A stretch of 64,000 nucleotides of DNA from Sedimentisphaerales bacterium (GTDB lineage: Bacteria > Planctomycetota > Phycisphaerae > Sedimentisphaerales > Anaerobacaceae): NCBI GenBank assembly GCA_040772485.1, contig JAXGYC010000008.1, forward strand, positions 1 through 64,000, read 5' to 3'. The position numbers and the translations under genes are program-made. The notes below the pieces were generated by a model. It did not search any database. It saw only the letters and a list, made by a program, of their open reading frames with translations, and was not told the origin of the DNA. This document shows, piece by piece, positions 60,901-64,000 of this stretch. Each line of letters starts with the position of its first letter. The first letter of the stretch is position 1.

Positions 60901-61327
60901 GGCATCCTGGACGGCCCATGCCGATCCTGGTGTGAAGTACTTCTCCGGCACGGCGACCTACACCAGGACGATCCAGGCGCCGCAGGGCTGGTTCCAGTCG
61001 GGCGCCCGACTCGCGTTGGACCTGGGGGCAGTCCACGACATCGCGGAGGTCTCCGTCAACGGTGAGCCGCCCGCCACGCTGTGGAAGCCGCCGTACCAGG
61101 TGGACGTGACCGACTCGCTCGAGCCGGGCGAGAACCGGCTGGAAATCAAAGTCACCAATCAGTGGACGAATCGCCAGATCGGAGACCGGCTGGTCCCGTC
61201 CGGCCAGAAAGTGCTGGCCGAGCCTGCCGGCGGCTTCGGGCCGATGGCCGGCTTCGGCGGCCCCCAAACCCCGGCCGAATCGGGATTGCTCGGTCCGGTC
61301 ACCGTGATCTCCACAATCAGTCAATGA
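57947..61327 (+). CDS. Glycoside hydrolase family 106 (alpha-L-rhamnosidase-like)
   Basis: PRTWWHW..GN.TKEG...DLEWM, GWSETGGPW, DSWEAG.QNWT, PMGEFW, A.GVNR..FH. Confidence 0.88.
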   Translation: MNEVRRAVLTLATIAGLSVVTAPASVYAGANDDSTPPPAGALERGFADPPDSARPRTWWHWTGGNVTKEGVTKDLEWMKRVGIGGCQLADVSFGFGQTIDEKIEFGSPKWLDAVRHAATEAQRLGLELAIFSSAGWSETGGPWVKPEQAMKKLVWSETTVEGPSATGGFAGKLPQPPSNSGPFQNQGAGGRSPQPDPTWYGDSAVIAFRTPAAEVDMVALSPKVTTSAGDIDPGPLFDDDWNSAATIRPPAEGAAAWLQIEFTRPFRVRAITIAGPAGIPVGRVLAGDDIVHLRTLVTLPGAQLYRQGRIRTFALPETTAKIYRIEMTAAPLGPGPTMSQEPTPPAKQYSLTEVRLHSGARVHRWEDKAGFSHLFEYETVPTPDVAADTVIRQTEVISLTSRMAPDGTLNWDVPAGKWTILRLGYSLTGAKNRPAPPSGSGYEADKLSAKHMEAYYHGYFDPIAKALGPLFGKSLQYVVMDSWEAGRQNWTEQMIDEFRKRRGYDPTPYLAILTGRVVESAEASDRFLWDFRRTLADLWADYHYGVMSDLLGKHGIGIYGEAAGVSLEIPEDTLMNKSKVAIPMGEFWVGKMHPPLMYYQDVRGAASAAHVYGKTLVATESYTGGGYETPYALKKVSDYWFAQGVNRIVFHTSAHQPLDTRPGNAMVGTHVHRNVTWAEQARPFMNHLARQSFLLQQGLFVADLAYLLDEGAPSTMPIWGAGLMPKPPEGYDFDYINADALLNRMSVDADGRLMLPDGMSYRVLVLPQTDKMRPELLHRIRDLVLGGATVVGPRPARSPSLAGRPESDRDVPELAAEVWGDLDGVSRTIRYVGKGRVVWGLPLEDVLASLNTPKDAEFRKALDADLAWIHRRTSDADIYYLANLTDAAQDVQARFRVSGKEAELWHPDTGQIEPASYRIVEDRTIVSLGLSPRESAFVVFRRAASSPTRTLPQRAATTLATVGGPWDVTFPANLGAPERIQLADLASWTAHADPGVKYFSGTATYTRTIQAPQGWFQSGARLALDLGAVHDIAEVSVNGEPPATLWKPPYQVDVTDSLEPGENRLEIKVTNQWTNRQIGDRLVPSGQKVLAEPAGGFGPMAGFGGPQTPAESGLLGPVTVISTISQ

Positions 61328-61349
61328 ACATCCTGAAAGGATCAGTGCG

Positions 61350-62642
61350 ATGAGAACTGTCGGTTGCTGTCTGGTCTTGTTGTTCGTCTGGAGCGCTGCC
61401 GAGGCGCAGATCGCGGACTCGCCCGATGAGAGCGTGGCGGGCATCCCGGTCAACTACACGGAGGCGAAGGTCGGGTCCGCTGCAGGCGGACTGCCGGACG
61501 CGCTGCAGCTCGCCGACGGCCGGCCCGTGCGCGATGCCGCCACCTGGTTCGAGAAACGCCGACCCGAGATCGTCAGGCTCTTCGAGGAGAACCAGTACGG
61601 CCGCAGTCCGGGCCGTCCGGCCGACATGAGCTTCGACGTGTTCGACAAGGCCGGGCGGGCGTTCGGTGGAAAGGCGATTCGCCGACAGGTGACGATCTAC
61701 TTCTCCAAGGACAAGGCCGGCCCCCAGATGGACCTGCTGATCTATCTGCCCGCCGGCGCGGCCAAGCCCGCCCCGCTGCTGTTGAATCTGGGCTTTGCCG
61801 GCAACAACACCATGGTGAACGATCCCAATGTGAAGGTCGGCACGTTCTGGGACCGGCGTCAGAACAAGCGGGTGCCCGCCACCAGAGGCTTCGGATTCAT
61901 GGACGTGATGCCGCTGCTGGAGAAAGGGTTCGGCTTCGCCACCTTCAACTACAGTGACGTCGACCCCGATGCGCCGGGCGCGGTCGCCTATGGCGTGCGG
62001 AAGCTGTATCTGAAAGAAGGGCAGACCGAACCCGCGCCGGACGAGTGGGGTTCCATCGCCGCCTGGGCGTGGGGCATGAGCCGGGCCATGGATTACTTCG
62101 AGACGGACGAAGACATCGACGCCAAACGCGTGGCGGTCACGGGCGTGTCGCGTCTTGGCAAGACGGTGCTGTGGGCAGGCGCGCACGATACGCGCATCGC
62201 AATGGTGATCGCCAGTTGTTCGGGCGAGGGCGGCGCAGCGCTGAGCCGGCGCAACTACGGCGAGACCATCGGCCATCTGGCCGCCCCGACGCGATACGCC
62301 TATCAGTTCTGCGCCAACTATGGGAAATGGGCGGACAAGGTCGCCGAATTCCCGGTCGATGCGCACATGCTCATCGCGCTGATCGCGCCGCGTCCGGTGC
62401 TTTTGCAGACGGGCAACACCGACAAATGGTCGGACCCCTATGGCGAATTCCTGGCAGCCGTTGCCGCCGGCCCGGTTTACGAATTGCTCGGCAAACAGGG
62501 ACTGGGCACGGACAGGATGCCCGCCGCCGGGGAGCCCATCCTGCACACGATCGGCTACTTCATGCACGACGGCGGCCACGGCCCATCTCCGGCGGACTGG
62601 CCCGTGTTCATGCAATTCATGCAGATGCACTTGCAGCCGTGA
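61350..62642 (+). CDS. CE15 glucuronoyl-esterase-like carbohydrate esterase
   Basis: WGSIAAWAWG.SRA.DY, TGVSRLGK, SGEGGAAL, P.DAH.L.ALIAPRP. Confidence 0.85.
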   Translation: MRTVGCCLVLLFVWSAAEAQIADSPDESVAGIPVNYTEAKVGSAAGGLPDALQLADGRPVRDAATWFEKRRPEIVRLFEENQYGRSPGRPADMSFDVFDKAGRAFGGKAIRRQVTIYFSKDKAGPQMDLLIYLPAGAAKPAPLLLNLGFAGNNTMVNDPNVKVGTFWDRRQNKRVPATRGFGFMDVMPLLEKGFGFATFNYSDVDPDAPGAVAYGVRKLYLKEGQTEPAPDEWGSIAAWAWGMSRAMDYFETDEDIDAKRVAVTGVSRLGKTVLWAGAHDTRIAMVIASCSGEGGAALSRRNYGETIGHLAAPTRYAYQFCANYGKWADKVAEFPVDAHMLIALIAPRPVLLQTGNTDKWSDPYGEFLAAVAAGPVYELLGKQGLGTDRMPAAGEPILHTIGYFMHDGGHGPSPADWPVFMQFMQMHLQP

Positions 62643-62736
62643 GGTGTTCGCAGTGTGCCCGTGAGAGCCTGCCCCTTCAACTGCGTTCAGGGCAGGCTCT
62701 GAGCGAAGCCGAAGGGGCATACCTTCGATGAAACAG

Positions 62737-62763
62737 GTAACGCCTTACGGCGTCACTACAAAC
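62737..62763 (-). repeat. GTAG-family REP-like palindrome
   Basis: Reverse complement gtttgtagtgacgcc-gtaa-ggcgttac matches 21774-21800. Confidence 0.75.
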
Positions 62764-62781
62764 CGTGGCGGCGAGGACGCC

Positions 62782-64000
62782 TCAGAACGGGATCGCCAGC
62801 GGTTTGGTCCGGCCGGCCAGTCCGGCCACTTCGGCGGCCGAAAGGGCTCGCTGATAGATATAGATTTCGTCGATGTCCCCGGTGAGCCAGTTTTCGGTGG
62901 CGTCGAAGATCCCGCCGCCGCCGATGTTGACGGGAAAGGTGGACGAACCGTAGGTGTCGGTAATCGCCGTGCCGCCGGAAACCGCCGCCCGACCGTCCAG
63001 ATAGATCGTCACCACCGTGCCGTTGCCCACCGCGACGATGTGATGCCAGTCGGCGGTGGCATCGTAAGGCCAGGCCAGGTTGACGGCACCGCTGGCAGCG
63101 CTCCAAATCTGGATATTATTGCCGGCGGAAATCCCATACTCGATGCAATCGTTCTGGCCCACCAACCCGCTGCGGTTCGCCTGAGAAAGGTCTCCCTTCA
63201 GCCAGCAGGCAATCGTGAATTCCGTCAGGTCATTGAGCAGGCTCTTGCCGGTAGTGACATAATCGCGGCCGGCGTGGAAACTCAGAGCACTGCCGGAGAC
63301 GCCGGTAATCCAGGCAGGACTGCCCTCGATCGTGCCGTGGTTGCCGCTGCCGGCCGAATCGTTCGCGGCGTGGCCCGACCCCTCGTCCAGCGCATAGTAG
63401 AGCACCAGATTCGCCGGGTCCGGCTCGATGGGTGTGATGAATTCGGGCGTCCCGGGATACAGCCGGAGGTCGTCGATGTATACGACGCCGGCGGCGTCGG
63501 CTCCTTCAACGCCGATGGTTAATTCGGTGACACGGCTGACGTCCTCGCCGACGCTCGATAGATCGATGTTCCACGGCTGCCACGTGGATTTATTGATGTC
63601 GGCGGCATCGCCACCGTACTCGACCCTGGTCCCGTTGATCTTGAGATACAGGCGCCCGTCGTTGCCCTGGGCGCCGCGGAAGTACAACGAAAGGCTCTGG
63701 ATGCCGTTGGGCGTCCAATCCTGCGGGGCGTCGAACGTGCGGACCGCCTCGGCCACCGCCACACCCGCATTGTCGTAGAACAGCGGCATGGCCTGGCTGC
63801 CGCTGTGGACGATGGCCCTCTCGGCGAAGGGCGCGTCGAGATGTCCGACCGTCGAGCCGGTCTGGTTCTCCCAGCCGTCGACCCACGTCTCGAAGATGCG
63901 GCTGCCTTCATCATCCGTATACGCCTCAAAATCGTCGACGACCAGAAACTCCTGGGTCGTGAAGCTCCAGACCGGGCCGGACCACGTGCCGGCAGGGTCG
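62782..64000 (-). CDS. LamG/concanavalin-like domain protein, 5' end beyond window
   Basis: Frame open to the window edge (VWSFTT...VVDDFEAY...WVDGW); YYALDEG.G, WHH, IYLDG, GDIDE..IY.RALS. Confidence 0.85.
   Translation of the reverse strand, partial: DPAGTWSGPVWSFTTQEFLVVDDFEAYTDDEGSRIFETWVDGWENQTGSTVGHLDAPFAERAIVHSGSQAMPLFYDNAGVAVAEAVRTFDAPQDWTPNGIQSLSLYFRGAQGNDGRLYLKINGTRVEYGGDAADINKSTWQPWNIDLSSVGEDVSRVTELTIGVEGADAAGVVYIDDLRLYPGTPEFITPIEPDPANLVLYYALDEGSGHAANDSAGSGNHGTIEGSPAWITGVSGSALSFHAGRDYVTTGKSLLNDLTEFTIACWLKGDLSQANRSGLVGQNDCIEYGISAGNNIQIWSAASGAVNLAWPYDATADWHHIVAVGNGTVVTIYLDGRAAVSGGTAITDTYGSSTFPVNIGGGGIFDATENWLTGDIDEIYIYQRALSAAEVAGLAGRTKPLAIPF

Overview
GC-rich bacterial chromosome segment, probably a planctomycete (Phycisphaerae-like; inferred from the large PA14/LamG secreted proteins, PEP-CTERM-type protein and glycoside hydrolase content). 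All protein calls rest on motif recognition; no database searches were run. Bases 1-~18.8 kb are the right part of a phage-satellite-like element integrated at tRNA-Thr(TGT). It encodes a terminase-small-subunit-like HTH, regulators, a replication protein with internal iterons, a primase-helicase, AlpA, and an integrase whose ORF reads into the tRNA. Nested in it is an ~8.2 kb module (short tyrosine recombinase plus hsdR-hsdM-hsdS-HEPN-GIY-YIG/RAMA) bounded by two 11-6-11 Xer/dif-like sites. The rest is host backbone: PAC2, GH29, ilvC, GH9, LarA-domain, YdjC, GH35, a liv-type ABC transporter with paaK, GH106, CE15 and LamG proteins. The backbone is interrupted by small, partly decayed defence/TA islands: a Lamassu-like deletion fusion, an antitoxin with a toxin stub, HNH-AP2 plus a relic copy, Vsr/HNH/mod fragment, a RelE/HigA pair with Imm50, and ATPase+DUF4276. 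REP-like palindromes and heptamer arrays are common. Two repeat insertions in the liv operon duplicate the gene junction and keep translational coupling through in-frame mini-ORFs. No CRISPR array, rRNA or intact IS transposase was seen.
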